Source of the DNA: a virus
Lineage: Duplodnaviria; Caudoviricetes
Reading direction: 5' to 3' (one strand)
DNA length: 51,252 nucleotides
IMG/VR virus record: IMGVR_UViG_3300045996_000928
Span: 1 to 51,252 of that record
Position 1 is the stretch's first letter. Every line of letters starts with the position of its first letter. Below, in pieces: positions 8,893 through 19,151 of the stretch. Below the pieces are notes generated by a model, which worked only from the letters and a program-made list of their open reading frames with translations, was not told where the DNA came from and ran no database searches. The translations under genes and the position numbers were made by a program.

Positions 8893-9390
8893 TTATGGCT
8901 TAATAATGATGTTAATGTTGTCTAAAGTTAAGCCCCCTGATATGCCTGTATCTGTATCAGGCTGAAGGGTTAATTCAACTAATGAACTGTAAGTAATGTC
9001 AAACCATTCTTTGTTTGAAATCCATGCTGCCGTGTCCTTTGGTGTTGTGTTTAATGAGCTTGTAATTATCTCAAATTTTATATCAGGATTTGCCTGATAA
9101 TCGGACAAATCAAAACCAATAGAAACCGGGCTTGCAGCACCTATTTTTACGGTACTATCGTCAAAATTTATGATCACCGGAGTTTCCGAATTTGCAGGCA
9201 GATTATAAACCTTTGGTGTAGCAATTTCGGGAGTGTTTTCTTCCAATAACTTTTTGGTTATAAAGTCCTCGTCTTCAAGTTCACCTAATCCGTAATCTTG
9301 CTTATATCCCGTTGGTGCCGAATGAGCAACACGAAGTCCGGTTTTCGGGGTTATTTCGTCTACTGCTTTTGTTACTTTTGCTGTTGCCAT
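8893..9390 (-). CDS. Putative tail/structural protein
   Basis: Acidic; coupled to the tail genes. Confidence 0.55.
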   Translation of the reverse strand: MATAKVTKAVDEITPKTGLRVAHSAPTGYKQDYGLGELEDEDFITKKLLEENTPEIATPKVYNLPANSETPVIINFDDSTVKIGAASPVSIGFDLSDYQANPDIKFEIITSSLNTTPKDTAAWISNKEWFDITYSSLVELTLQPDTDTGISGGLTLDNINIIIKP

Positions 9391-9394
9391 GTCA

Positions 9395-11053
9395 TTAATC
9401 TGTTATACATACAAAAAATACGGTTACCCTGGCCCTGTTTGATATATCCATAGGTTGAACACTTGAATTATTGCTTTTGGTTTTACCCATTGTCGGCACG
9501 GTGTTGGTAGTTGACATTATGTAATCACGTTTGATATTAACATCTTTTTCATGGTTTACATAAGTTTCTCCGGTCAAATCAGGGCCGTTTTTATCACTAT
9601 TAAACATTAAGTGGTAGTGATCTCCAACCTGATTTGCTGACTGGGTTATTAAGTTATCTACGTTACCTACCAATATATCACGGGTTAAAGGCTGTGAACT
9701 ATCCCAACCTTTTTCAATAAGCCCGTTCATGTCTTTAGTGCCGTTTGTACCTGATAATACGCACCCCTCATATTTAGTACCGACGTTACCAACACCTGTT
9801 CCTATATTCCAGTCAATTTCGAAGTCGCCAATATTAACTTCCTCATAACTATATCGTGTGCCTTTAACAAAAGGTTTTGGTGCTGGCGACGGTACAAATT
9901 CCGGTGCATCTAATTGATCCCATTCTACTACTATATTACAATTTGTGCCAGCAAGCCCTAATAAATAAAGTGTTGTAACTCCCTCTGTAGGGTCTGAAAT
10001 TTCCCATACTTCAATCGCTCTTCCATCGGTTGTATAAGCTGGTGCAATTGGGTCGCTTCCGTCTGCTGTTTTGCTTGCATTAACGGTAAAAATATCGCCA
10101 CCCAAATTGTAAATAATGATACGTGTTATTAACGAAAAATCATTAAATACACCTGCTATGGTGATATTGCTTGATACGCTTAAATACTTTTTAGTTCTTG
10201 TTACCACTTGTATTGCATCTGCGGGAGTTTCACCCGGTTGATATGTTTGTAAATATCGGTTAATTACTTCAATAATATTAATTTTTAATCCTATGAAATT
10301 AGGGCTTAATTGGTCGGCTCTTGTAACCTCCCATTTTGAACCATTTGTGTTTTGATAATACACCCCGTCAAGCTGTATTTGATCGCAAGAAAAAGCCCAA
10401 TTTAATTTATCTGCAACATAGGGTGGAATACCTGCAAAACCTCTGTTAGAACCTACGTAAAAAGTAAACTCTCTACGGGGTGTGGAATGTAGCTTTGTAG
10501 TATTGTAATATTGGTCATTATAAATCACATCATCAAAGGCGGGGGTGTAATCTTCAATGTTGCCCTCAACTACTAAATTAAATACAATTCCTGTGCTGAA
10601 AATAGCCGAATATTCATTAACCGAATTAGTGTATTGGACTACTACGGTTTGCGGAAAACTATCGGCTGTTTGGATTAACCCACTACGCTCTATTTTTAAT
10701 ACAGGATCATCGTTTGTATAATGACTTTCCACAAAGTATTTACCTGCCGGATAATCGCCCCAATTAATAGTAAATTCATATAAGGTAAATGTTTGGTCAA
10801 GTATGCCACTTGTTGGTGTTGCCCCGGTAATCGTATCTACTAAAAAGCCTGTATCGCCATCATAAATCTTAAACTCTGGCACCCAGTCAGACAATACCTG
10901 TACGGTTTGAGGCAACCCCCTTAATGCTTTTTGATAATAACACTTTTGAGGCCCCTGAAAATCAAACGGCAAATTATTGTATATCGGGTTAAACGTAGTA
11001 ACCGGGTTCATCCATATAGGATTGATTGCGGGATATATGTATTGCTTTGCCAT
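9395..11053 (-). CDS. Minor tail/baseplate protein
   Basis: Position two genes after the tape measure gene; beta-rich, with a collar-like C-terminus. Confidence 0.6.
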   Translation of the reverse strand: MAKQYIYPAINPIWMNPVTTFNPIYNNLPFDFQGPQKCYYQKALRGLPQTVQVLSDWVPEFKIYDGDTGFLVDTITGATPTSGILDQTFTLYEFTINWGDYPAGKYFVESHYTNDDPVLKIERSGLIQTADSFPQTVVVQYTNSVNEYSAIFSTGIVFNLVVEGNIEDYTPAFDDVIYNDQYYNTTKLHSTPRREFTFYVGSNRGFAGIPPYVADKLNWAFSCDQIQLDGVYYQNTNGSKWEVTRADQLSPNFIGLKINIIEVINRYLQTYQPGETPADAIQVVTRTKKYLSVSSNITIAGVFNDFSLITRIIIYNLGGDIFTVNASKTADGSDPIAPAYTTDGRAIEVWEISDPTEGVTTLYLLGLAGTNCNIVVEWDQLDAPEFVPSPAPKPFVKGTRYSYEEVNIGDFEIDWNIGTGVGNVGTKYEGCVLSGTNGTKDMNGLIEKGWDSSQPLTRDILVGNVDNLITQSANQVGDHYHLMFNSDKNGPDLTGETYVNHEKDVNIKRDYIMSTTNTVPTMGKTKSNNSSVQPMDISNRARVTVFFVCITD

Positions 11054-13527
11054 TAGTGTACTAATTTTATTAAGTCGTTATTTGGGGTTAATAACCCTTT
11101 AAATTCTTGTTGTGTGTTCTCGCCAACATCTACGCTTATAGTATCCGCAAAAATTTTATATTCTGTTTGATTGTATGTAAACCTGATATATCCATAGGGT
11201 AGGTTATCAATCATCTGCAATGCATTTGTTGGCAATCCAGGCTTAAAAAGGGCATAGAAAGGCAAGAATAACGGCTTGGGTAATTGTGAGATATAAACAG
11301 GGTCTGCTTCAGCCACCCTTATGCCGTCAATATCTGTAGTTACCAAAGCAGTATTTTTAAGTGCTGCAGAAAGTGTAAGCTTATATCCCTGCATATTATA
11401 AAATATGGATGCCAGGTAATTACCGCCCCTTAGCAGGTTTCTTTTTGGTGTAAGTTTCCAGTTATAATAAGACGGATCTACACCTGTTATCATAGGCTTG
11501 CCCGTAGTGGTATTAGTCATTAAACCCTCGGTACGCAAAGGGTGGTAATAGATAAACGGTACTGTATTTTCAGGATCAGATTTTTTCCATACCATTATAG
11601 TATCATTATCCGACCTACTGGCAGCGGTATCGTTTTGAGTTATGCGTATTTCTTCAATACCAAACGGATCGGCCCTATATGGGCTAACAAGGTTTAATTC
11701 TTTTTTAGGGTTAAGTATGTTGGAGATATAAGTTTGCTCTGAATTAACCTCTGTAAACCCGTTAAGCTGGCTATATTGTTGGTCTTTATAACCTACTTTA
11801 ATGGAGTTATAAAGCATATCTGTAGCCGGTATTATTTTTATTTCATCATTAACTTTACCTGCATTAAGATTACCCACACTTGCACGATATACATAGTCTA
11901 AGTTTTCTATAAAGCAGCGTCCTACAGTTGGGTTTAAAATAGCATCTACCGGGTCAGGATTAGGTACGGTTTCAATACCAAACGAAGCATTCCCGCCCTG
12001 TACTGAATAAATGGCCTGAAAGAAATCCCTGAAATTGGTTATTAACTGGGCAGATGCTTCAATTTGCTCAACAAATGAAGATTCATGGCTTCCTGTAAAT
12101 GTATCAAAGCCCAGTTTGTATTCAAAAACTTGACCCGGTGAATAGGTAATTGAATTATAAGTAACTGTAGTTCCGGAATCCCCGCCAACTAAATACTTGC
12201 CGCCTGCTTGCAAAGTGTCGCCCGGATCATAAACAGCACCCACAAAACCCGATTTATATCTTTCAACTACTGCACCACTACCTGAAAAACTTAGCACACC
12301 TGTAGCATAAGAAAACGTTTCATCTACTACATAGCTGCGCCCGTTATAAGTAGCCGTCCCAACAAGCACTTTATACAATCCGGGGAATAATGTATCACCG
12401 GGGTAATACAAACTCCCTGTAGCTAATCTTATGCTGTCAGATGAGGTAATTACAAGGTCACTTAATGCACCATCTAAAAGGTCAGATTTATAAGTTACGG
12501 GCAGGTTTGGCGAACTGTTAGTATTGGTGTTCATAGCCTCTAAAAGCTTGCCAAATAAATAGCTTGCAGGCAATGCCCTGCACATAGTTGCGGGACTAAT
12601 GGTATTGTAGGATAAATTAAACGTTCCTCCTGAAATAGCTATACCTGTGCCAATCGTTAATGTGCCTACCTGTTCCACATAGAAAAATAGTTTTTCACCC
12701 GTTACTACATTAAGGGTTTGATTTATTTCTACATTAAATTCAGTTACTCCGGTAGGTACGGTTTGGTCAAATAAAGACAGTCTTATAGTACCTGAATTAT
12801 TAATAAAATACATTTTTAAATGGGCTGCGCCACTAATACCGGCAATAGCCGCCCCCTGTATTGATCCCTTTATTAATAGTTTGCCGTCTACCCTAGAAAA
12901 GAAAAAATTATTATTTAGTGTACTCCAATCGGGGCTACTTAATTGATCATAACCTACAGCTTGTGATGAATAATTAACACTATTTTGTTGGTTTGCCGCC
13001 AACGCCATAGGGGGAAAGTAATCAGAATGTATATTACCGTCAGGTGGGCCACTTGGAATAAGTGTAGCCTGCTCTTTTAATTCAAGTGGTGTAAGCTCTA
13101 AATAAATAGCTTCGTCAACATCTAAAGGGATAGCATAATCAGTATTATCATTGGCGTTTAGCTTTACTGTAAAATCATCTGATACCGAATTAACTGTAAA
13201 TGAGGTTAACTCATCCTCGGCGGTGCTAAAGTCTAATTTACCTTTATAGATAGTATTATAAAGCCAGTTATTGGGGTTAAGTAAATTAACGGTTTGTTTA
13301 ACATTAGCCAATATGCCATACTTATAAAACTCTGCCCTTAATATTCGTGCTGCTTTGGTTACAAACTTAATAGGTAAGCTTTCGCCCCTAAACACACCCA
13401 TGTAGGTTTTTGAACGGGTAAACTTAATGGCCGTATTTAACCATCCGTCAGGGGCATTGGTAAGAACTTCGGTTTCAACACCCCGAACATCTAATATAAA
13501 TTCAAATTTATTAGGTTGTGCGCCCAT
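11053..13527 (-). CDS. Minor tail (hub/distal-tail-like) protein
   Basis: Directly follows the tape measure gene; NAPDGW N-terminal motif. Confidence 0.65.
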   Translation of the reverse strand: MGAQPNKFEFILDVRGVETEVLTNAPDGWLNTAIKFTRSKTYMGVFRGESLPIKFVTKAARILRAEFYKYGILANVKQTVNLLNPNNWLYNTIYKGKLDFSTAEDELTSFTVNSVSDDFTVKLNANDNTDYAIPLDVDEAIYLELTPLELKEQATLIPSGPPDGNIHSDYFPPMALAANQQNSVNYSSQAVGYDQLSSPDWSTLNNNFFFSRVDGKLLIKGSIQGAAIAGISGAAHLKMYFINNSGTIRLSLFDQTVPTGVTEFNVEINQTLNVVTGEKLFFYVEQVGTLTIGTGIAISGGTFNLSYNTISPATMCRALPASYLFGKLLEAMNTNTNSSPNLPVTYKSDLLDGALSDLVITSSDSIRLATGSLYYPGDTLFPGLYKVLVGTATYNGRSYVVDETFSYATGVLSFSGSGAVVERYKSGFVGAVYDPGDTLQAGGKYLVGGDSGTTVTYNSITYSPGQVFEYKLGFDTFTGSHESSFVEQIEASAQLITNFRDFFQAIYSVQGGNASFGIETVPNPDPVDAILNPTVGRCFIENLDYVYRASVGNLNAGKVNDEIKIIPATDMLYNSIKVGYKDQQYSQLNGFTEVNSEQTYISNILNPKKELNLVSPYRADPFGIEEIRITQNDTAASRSDNDTIMVWKKSDPENTVPFIYYHPLRTEGLMTNTTTGKPMITGVDPSYYNWKLTPKRNLLRGGNYLASIFYNMQGYKLTLSAALKNTALVTTDIDGIRVAEADPVYISQLPKPLFLPFYALFKPGLPTNALQMIDNLPYGYIRFTYNQTEYKIFADTISVDVGENTQQEFKGLLTPNNDLIKLVH

Positions 13528-16256
13528 TAGTAGTTTCTTTGTCTTGAATAATCACCCCATCTGTCACCCTGTATGTTTACTATAGGGCGTTTTTGATTTT
13601 TAATATTTTCTGCTATCTCTGCTAATAGTTTTTCTGATTTCCTATTATCGGTTGTTGAGGTAGCTAAATATTGTATAGATTCAGGCTTTGACACCATTTT
13701 CATCAAATCCTTATTGTTGATAATTTTAGTACCAGCTTTAGCATAGGTAACATTTTCATGTCCGGCTGTTAAAGAATACTTACCTGACGGATCAATACGT
13801 AGTTCCGGCCCGGCCTCACCTGTTATGATTGGCCCGTCTTTTTGAACCGTACCGCCTTTTTCAAATTTGGGTATAGGTGTTGCTAAAATGGTAGCTATTT
13901 GAACAGCACCAATAGCCGCTATAACACCAACTAAAGGCGAAAACAATATACCACCCTCGGCAAGCGTTTTACTTATCGCCTCGGCGGTATTACGGATAAC
14001 TGCGGCAATACTCAAAGCCTTATCAAATTCAGCTTGCCTGGTCTTTATTTGGCGCTCCTCTTGTGCTAGTTTTTGCTTTTCTGCTGTTGCCCTAGCGTTA
14101 ATGATGGATATTTTAGCCGCTTTATCCTGTTCGCTTGCTATGCTATTGTTAACTGCATCAATTTCAGATTTGCTCTTAGCGTCAATTTCGTTTTTCTCTT
14201 CCTGAATACGGTTTAATTGATTAGTAAAAGCACCGTCGCCAACCGCCTTAGTGAAGTTAAATAACTCATCTATAAGTTGCTTTTCACGCTCTTTAAGTTC
14301 TTTTTTCTTATTGGCTGCACGTTCAGCATCCGCAATCTCTTGATCTGCTACCAACTTAGATAGCTTTAGTTTTAATTCGGCAAGTTTTAACTCATCCGAG
14401 GCTGTATCAGCACCAAATTCTTTTTCTAAGCGCAGAACTTCCTCTAGGGCTGATATTTGAATAGCAACAGATTGCTTTGTTAATGATTTTTCAATCTCAT
14501 TTTTCTGCTCTTCGTAAATAGTTTTAGATATTAAACCCTGCTTGTATTGCCCAGCCAATATCATTAACTGCATATCTGCTGAATCCTGGGCATCCTGTAA
14601 CTCTTGAGATTGCTTTTGCAGATAAACATTCTTAGAGTTTGTTAAAATCGCTTTTAAGCGTTCCTCTTCGGCTTTCTCGCCACGCTTTTTAGCATCCTCA
14701 ATTTGCTTTTCGTAGTCATTTTGCAAATCCATCAACTCACGTGCGCTTGCCTCTCTTGCCTCTTTTTCTTTTTGCAAACGTGCTTTTAATTCTGCTGCTG
14801 CTTTTTTAGCGTCTTCAGCCGCTTTTTTCTTGCGATCATTATCGTCACCACCAAAAAAATCAAAATTGTTAGTTTTGGCTAATTCAGCCGCTTGCTTATT
14901 CAGGTTTGCAAATATTTTTTCTAAGTCTTTTAAGTCTTTTTGACCTTGCGATATTACCGCCTGATTTCTTTGCTTACCACGCTTAGCTATCGATGCTTTT
15001 ACATTTTTTTCTGCGTCCGGATCAAATTCTACAGATGCTCCATAATTATCAATTAAGCGAGATTTTACCTTATCAAAAAAGTTAGCTGACTGTTCGGGCG
15101 TTTTTAAACGCTCTTGCTCAATTTCAAAGGCTTTTTTAGAGGCAGACTCTAAGGCAAGGTTTGCGGCGGCTTTTAAATATGTAAATTGTATATATGCGTT
15201 GGCATTTTTATTTAGCTGATCCTCCGCATCTTTTAAATTTGTTACTAATCCGGTTGTTTTGCCTATGGTTTCATTATAGTGTTTAACAACTGAATCTTTA
15301 TTTATAAATCCATCTTTAGCTAAATTAATTTCATTCTTTAGTTCAATAACATTCGATACAGCAGTTTTATAATCAGTGCTTTTTAACGCTTCTGATAGTA
15401 GCCTTTGTCTTTCGGCAAATTGGTTAATAGCTTCAGTTCCCTTAAAGGTCGCTTTTATAAATTCTCCTATTTCTTTACCATAAACAGTAAGCAAGGTTAC
15501 ACCAATTGATAAAGCCGTACCCCATGAAAAAATACTTGATGCTATTTGAGAAAACAGTCCAGGTACTTTTTGCCCCTCGGCCCTCATAGCCTTTATTTCA
15601 AGTTGCGTTTGTTTTATTTGGTCAAAGAATATCGGCAAGTTGTTCGATAATGCCATGAACCCCGTTTGTATAGAGTTTGTAAAGGCGGGCATTTCTCTCG
15701 TTAATTGGCTTATGCTGTTTCCTAGTCCATTAAATTTATTCTGATAGTTCCCTACGTTTCTACCGTAATTACCTAATGGCTGATCAATCTCATCTAATCG
15801 TTTACGCAATCCCAAAGCTTGCGCAGATGCTTCTTTAAATTGATAAGATGTTAAACCAAATTGAACCGCAGCGTTTTTAGCCTCCCTGTTTACAGCTTCA
15901 TAGGCTTGTTGTAACTTTAAATAAGCAGATGATGCCTTTGCGGTTTCGGCTGTTTGTTTAGCTAGTTTTTTTTCGTAATCGTCAAACGCTTTTTCACGTG
16001 CCTGTTGCAGACGAATTTCGGCAAGCCTTTCATTTTCTTTTGCTTTACTTACTTTATCAATAGCAGTAGCGGCTTTACCCTGATTTTCTATAAATTCAGG
16101 AATAGATTTAGAACCGGAAATAGCGTTATTAAACTTTGTAGCTTCTGCGGTTGCATCCACTAAAGCCTGTCTTGTTATGCCTAATTTTTTTAACAGGTCG
16201 TCTAACTGGGCAAACCCTTTATCATCTACAAACTCATTTATTTTACCTACCGACAT
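13527..16256 (-). CDS. Tape measure protein
   Basis: 909-aa A/K/E-rich coiled coil, RNVGNY motif, hydrophobic segments, C-terminal PKFEKGG...GEAGPE. Confidence 0.88.
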   Translation of the reverse strand: MSVGKINEFVDDKGFAQLDDLLKKLGITRQALVDATAEATKFNNAISGSKSIPEFIENQGKAATAIDKVSKAKENERLAEIRLQQAREKAFDDYEKKLAKQTAETAKASSAYLKLQQAYEAVNREAKNAAVQFGLTSYQFKEASAQALGLRKRLDEIDQPLGNYGRNVGNYQNKFNGLGNSISQLTREMPAFTNSIQTGFMALSNNLPIFFDQIKQTQLEIKAMRAEGQKVPGLFSQIASSIFSWGTALSIGVTLLTVYGKEIGEFIKATFKGTEAINQFAERQRLLSEALKSTDYKTAVSNVIELKNEINLAKDGFINKDSVVKHYNETIGKTTGLVTNLKDAEDQLNKNANAYIQFTYLKAAANLALESASKKAFEIEQERLKTPEQSANFFDKVKSRLIDNYGASVEFDPDAEKNVKASIAKRGKQRNQAVISQGQKDLKDLEKIFANLNKQAAELAKTNNFDFFGGDDNDRKKKAAEDAKKAAAELKARLQKEKEAREASARELMDLQNDYEKQIEDAKKRGEKAEEERLKAILTNSKNVYLQKQSQELQDAQDSADMQLMILAGQYKQGLISKTIYEEQKNEIEKSLTKQSVAIQISALEEVLRLEKEFGADTASDELKLAELKLKLSKLVADQEIADAERAANKKKELKEREKQLIDELFNFTKAVGDGAFTNQLNRIQEEKNEIDAKSKSEIDAVNNSIASEQDKAAKISIINARATAEKQKLAQEERQIKTRQAEFDKALSIAAVIRNTAEAISKTLAEGGILFSPLVGVIAAIGAVQIATILATPIPKFEKGGTVQKDGPIITGEAGPELRIDPSGKYSLTAGHENVTYAKAGTKIINNKDLMKMVSKPESIQYLATSTTDNRKSEKLLAEIAENIKNQKRPIVNIQGDRWGDYSRQRNY

Positions 16257-16258
16257 TA

Positions 16259-16876
16259 TTAAGCTGCTTTAGGGGTGTTATGTATCTTAAACCTTTTTAA
16301 TATGGCGCAATAGGCCGTAACTGTTAGCTTATCCGGGTTAAGCGAATAACCCTGGAACTTACCTAATTCGGATAATTGCATTTCATAATCCATTTCAGTT
16401 GCCGCTTTGCCATCATCACCACGCAATTCAGCTAACTCTGCCTTTGATTGATTTAGTTGAACTAAAAGGGATTTGCTTTGCACGATGGTCAACTCTAATT
16501 CACGCATTAACTCCGGCCCATCTTCGTACTTAAATCTAAAACCCATAGCATGCAACTGCTCTGCAAAGCCCTGATGGTAATTTTGAGCCATTTGAGACAC
16601 TACAAATTCAATAAGGGTAATCTTATTAGATAATATTTCAATCTCTTTTAAAAGGGCTAAAACGGTGCTTATATTGGTATCGCCCGATATGGTTAAGTAT
16701 TCATCTAATACTTTTTGCCATGCCAAAGCAAGCTCCTCGGCTTTTGGTGAGCCTTTTTTAATTAACCCTGAATAATCTTGCTTTACAATAGCCTTAATAA
16801 AGGCAGTCATGTACACTTCAGAACATGAAGTATAACAGATGTTTTTTTGACTTTTCTTTTTGAATATTGCAAGCAT
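16259..16876 (-). CDS. Putative tail assembly chaperone
   Basis: Helical protein immediately upstream of the tape measure gene. Confidence 0.5.
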   Translation of the reverse strand: MLAIFKKKSQKNICYTSCSEVYMTAFIKAIVKQDYSGLIKKGSPKAEELALAWQKVLDEYLTISGDTNISTVLALLKEIEILSNKITLIEFVVSQMAQNYHQGFAEQLHAMGFRFKYEDGPELMRELELTIVQSKSLLVQLNQSKAELAELRGDDGKAATEMDYEMQLSELGKFQGYSLNPDKLTVTAYCAILKRFKIHNTPKAA

Positions 16877-16981
16877 AGTTTTTTATTGTTTTGCTTGCAA
16901 TTGTTTGCCTTAGTTGGGACACCCTAAAAAGGATTTACCACGGCACAATGATTGGATGGCAATTGCACTCATCCGTTGGAA

Positions 16982-17017
16982 CAAATTTAATGTAATTATT
17001 ATTTATAAAAAACAACT
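16982..17017 (-). promoter_or_regulatory. Bacteroidota-type promoter for the tail operon
   Basis: TAAATTTG (-7) at 16982-16989 with a TTG element about 22 nt upstream. Confidence 0.6.
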
Positions 17018-17021
17018 TTTT

Positions 17022-17483
17022 TTATGAGAAAGTTAACCCGGTTTTTTCAGTGATGTAAGCTTGTATTTTTAGTGCTAAAGTTTCTTCTATATATTCCTCT
17101 TTGCTTTGCTCTGATAGCCTTAAAACGTTATCGCCGTACTTACTTAAGCTATTGTTATTGGCGTATGGCACATCACTTTCAATGGCGTATTCAGTATCAG
17201 ATATTATTGCTACCCCAATGCCTTTATAATACTCTCCAGTAAGTTTTAAATCAGGGGTTCCATAGCCGGCTAATGGATTTAAATTATACTTCTTAGAAGC
17301 GTATATGGGGCTTCCATATTCCGGCTTTATTTTTTCACCTGTTGACTGTTCACCTTTTTGTAATTGAGCCTCGACTTTTAATGCTATTTCAGTACCTGTT
17401 TGCCTGATCAATTCGGGCAACTCATCACGCAATCTAATGCGATCTACGGCTTGGTATAAATCATCAATTGTACTCACATCCAA
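17022..17483 (-). CDS. Putative tail completion/virion morphogenesis protein
   Basis: Y..KK...P...PDLKLTG motif typical of phage neck/tail completion proteins. Confidence 0.55.
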   Translation of the reverse strand: MDVSTIDDLYQAVDRIRLRDELPELIRQTGTEIALKVEAQLQKGEQSTGEKIKPEYGSPIYASKKYNLNPLAGYGTPDLKLTGEYYKGIGVAIISDTEYAIESDVPYANNNSLSKYGDNVLRLSEQSKEEYIEETLALKIQAYITEKTGLTFS

Positions 17484-17512
17484 ATTTAATGATTAACTGA
17501 TAATATTTTATT

Positions 17513-17520
17513 TATATTTG
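17513..17520 (+). promoter_or_regulatory. Bacteroidota -7 promoter box for the RNA ligase island
   Basis: TATATTTG 25 nt upstream of the ligase ATG. Confidence 0.6.
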
Positions 17521-17545
17521 ATGTACCAATATTTAGTATAGAGAC

Positions 17546-18253
17546 ATGAAACCATTAGGTCAAAAATCATACGGCTCTATTCCTCATTTATCTAACAGCA
17601 AGTTGGGCCCGGGTGATTATCATTGCCATGAGGGTCAAGAACGAATTGCAACGGTTAAAGCAAGGGATAAGCATGACATAGTAATCGTACAAGAAAAACT
17701 TGACGGCGGCAATGTTGGTATATGTAAAGTTAATGGGAAGATACATGCAATTACAAGGGCTGGCTATTTAGCAACTACTTCGCAATATGAAACACATTTT
17801 GTATTTGACAAATGGGTTAAAGATAATTACAAGCGCTTTAATGCTCTTTTAAAAGAGGGGGAGCGGGCTTGCGGCGAGTGGCTTTATCATGCAGTAGGCA
17901 CCCGATATAAATTACCACACGAGCCTTTTGTCGCCTTTGATTTAATTTTAGGCAACAAACGTGAAAGTCTATTTACAGCATCGAAAAGGCTTTGCGAACA
18001 TGGTTTTACGATGCCTTATACAATTCATGTTGGGGATGCTATTTCAGTAGATAACGCTTTAGATATTTTAGGCATTTATGGAAAACACGGCGCACTTGAA
18101 CCTGTAGAGGGTTTAGTGTATAGAGTCGAGCGAAAAGGTCAAGTTGACTTTTTATGTAAGTACGTTCGAAACGATAAACAAAATGGCATCTATTTCCCTG
18201 AAATAAGTGGTGGCGAACTAATAATTAACGAACATTCATACAATAATGGATAA
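17546..18253 (+). CDS. RNA ligase family (Rnl2-like adenylyltransferase)
   Basis: Nucleotidyltransferase motifs QEKLDGGN (I), CGEW (III), FVAFD (IIIa), EGLVYR (IV), CKYV (V); no OB-fold or BRCT domain. Confidence 0.85.
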   Translation: MKPLGQKSYGSIPHLSNSKLGPGDYHCHEGQERIATVKARDKHDIVIVQEKLDGGNVGICKVNGKIHAITRAGYLATTSQYETHFVFDKWVKDNYKRFNALLKEGERACGEWLYHAVGTRYKLPHEPFVAFDLILGNKRESLFTASKRLCEHGFTMPYTIHVGDAISVDNALDILGIYGKHGALEPVEGLVYRVERKGQVDFLCKYVRNDKQNGIYFPEISGGELIINEHSYNNG

Positions 18254-18509
18254 AACGCCTTACTTAAAAGGATATTCCAAAATGTTTAAAAAGAGTGTAG
18301 ACTTAACATATAAATATGATGAGTTTGAAAAGTCTTTTGCTGAATTTATGGTAGGGTTTATTCAATGCTATCCGCACCTAATTGAAAAAGAAGATATGCC
18401 ACACATGCCAGGTCATGAGTTATGGATATTCAAGTTTTGGGTAGAGGGTGATCCGGTTAAAGAAAAATTAAGGCTTCAGGAATTTAAAATAGAAATGATA
18501 AAAAAGTAA
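18246..18509 (+). CDS. Hypothetical protein
   Basis: Overlaps the end of the ligase gene. Confidence 0.6.
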   Translation: MDKTPYLKGYSKMFKKSVDLTYKYDEFEKSFAEFMVGFIQCYPHLIEKEDMPHMPGHELWIFKFWVEGDPVKEKLRLQEFKIEMIKK

Positions 18510-18512
18510 ATT

Positions 18513-18677
18513 ATGAAAAACTCATCTGTAATCGCACTATCTATACAGTTCTTATTAACCGCCATTACAATAGTGTTAGAATTTGAAGATGTTATTACCT
18601 ATGTGTCATGTTGGATATTACTTTTCGCCATTGCGGTGTCTTTTATCTTATTTCAGGCTAAATACAATCACCATTAA
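18513..18677 (+). CDS. 54-aa two-TM membrane protein
   Basis: MKNSSVIALSIQFLLTAITIVLEFEDVITYVSCWILLFAIAVSFILFQAKYNHH; fills the gap in the operon. Confidence 0.6.
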   Translation: MKNSSVIALSIQFLLTAITIVLEFEDVITYVSCWILLFAIAVSFILFQAKYNHH

Positions 18678-18686
18678 AAAGAAGTT

Positions 18687-18956
18687 ATGGATTATTCACC
18701 AAAAAAAATAAACGCAACAATCAAATTGGTCAATGGCGAGGTCGTGCAAGGCACATTAGAATATCTACCAAACAAGCATTACCGTTTTAAAGCTATTGAC
18801 GATCCATATATAGGTTTCGAGTTTCATAGGACGGCGGTACTCGGGCCTATCACTCAACCAATAGTTGATAGTAACGTTGTTGGATTTCAAGTTTTTGATA
18901 GCTATATAAATCAACTTGAAGAACAAATAGCCATTAATGACCTACCGTCAGCATAG
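18687..18956 (+). CDS. Hypothetical protein
   Basis: 89-aa ORF in the island. Confidence 0.6.
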   Translation: MDYSPKKINATIKLVNGEVVQGTLEYLPNKHYRFKAIDDPYIGFEFHRTAVLGPITQPIVDSNVVGFQVFDSYINQLEEQIAINDLPSA

Positions 18957-19151
18957 TTGATTATGGTCTACACTAAATCAGAAATAGAAACATTGATTGA
19001 TGATTGCTGGGATATGGCATCACTAAAACGAATAGGCGATTACGTAACTGAAAACAAATACAAGTATTGTCTAAATGATTTACTTTCCATTAAAGCATAT
19101 TGGGAAGCACGTATAGCGGTGTTAATATTGTTTTCTCAAATGCCTAAATAA
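18957..19151 (+). CDS. Hypothetical protein
   Basis: 64-aa ORF, last gene of the island. Confidence 0.55.
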   Translation: MIMVYTKSEIETLIDDCWDMASLKRIGDYVTENKYKYCLNDLLSIKAYWEARIAVLILFSQMPK

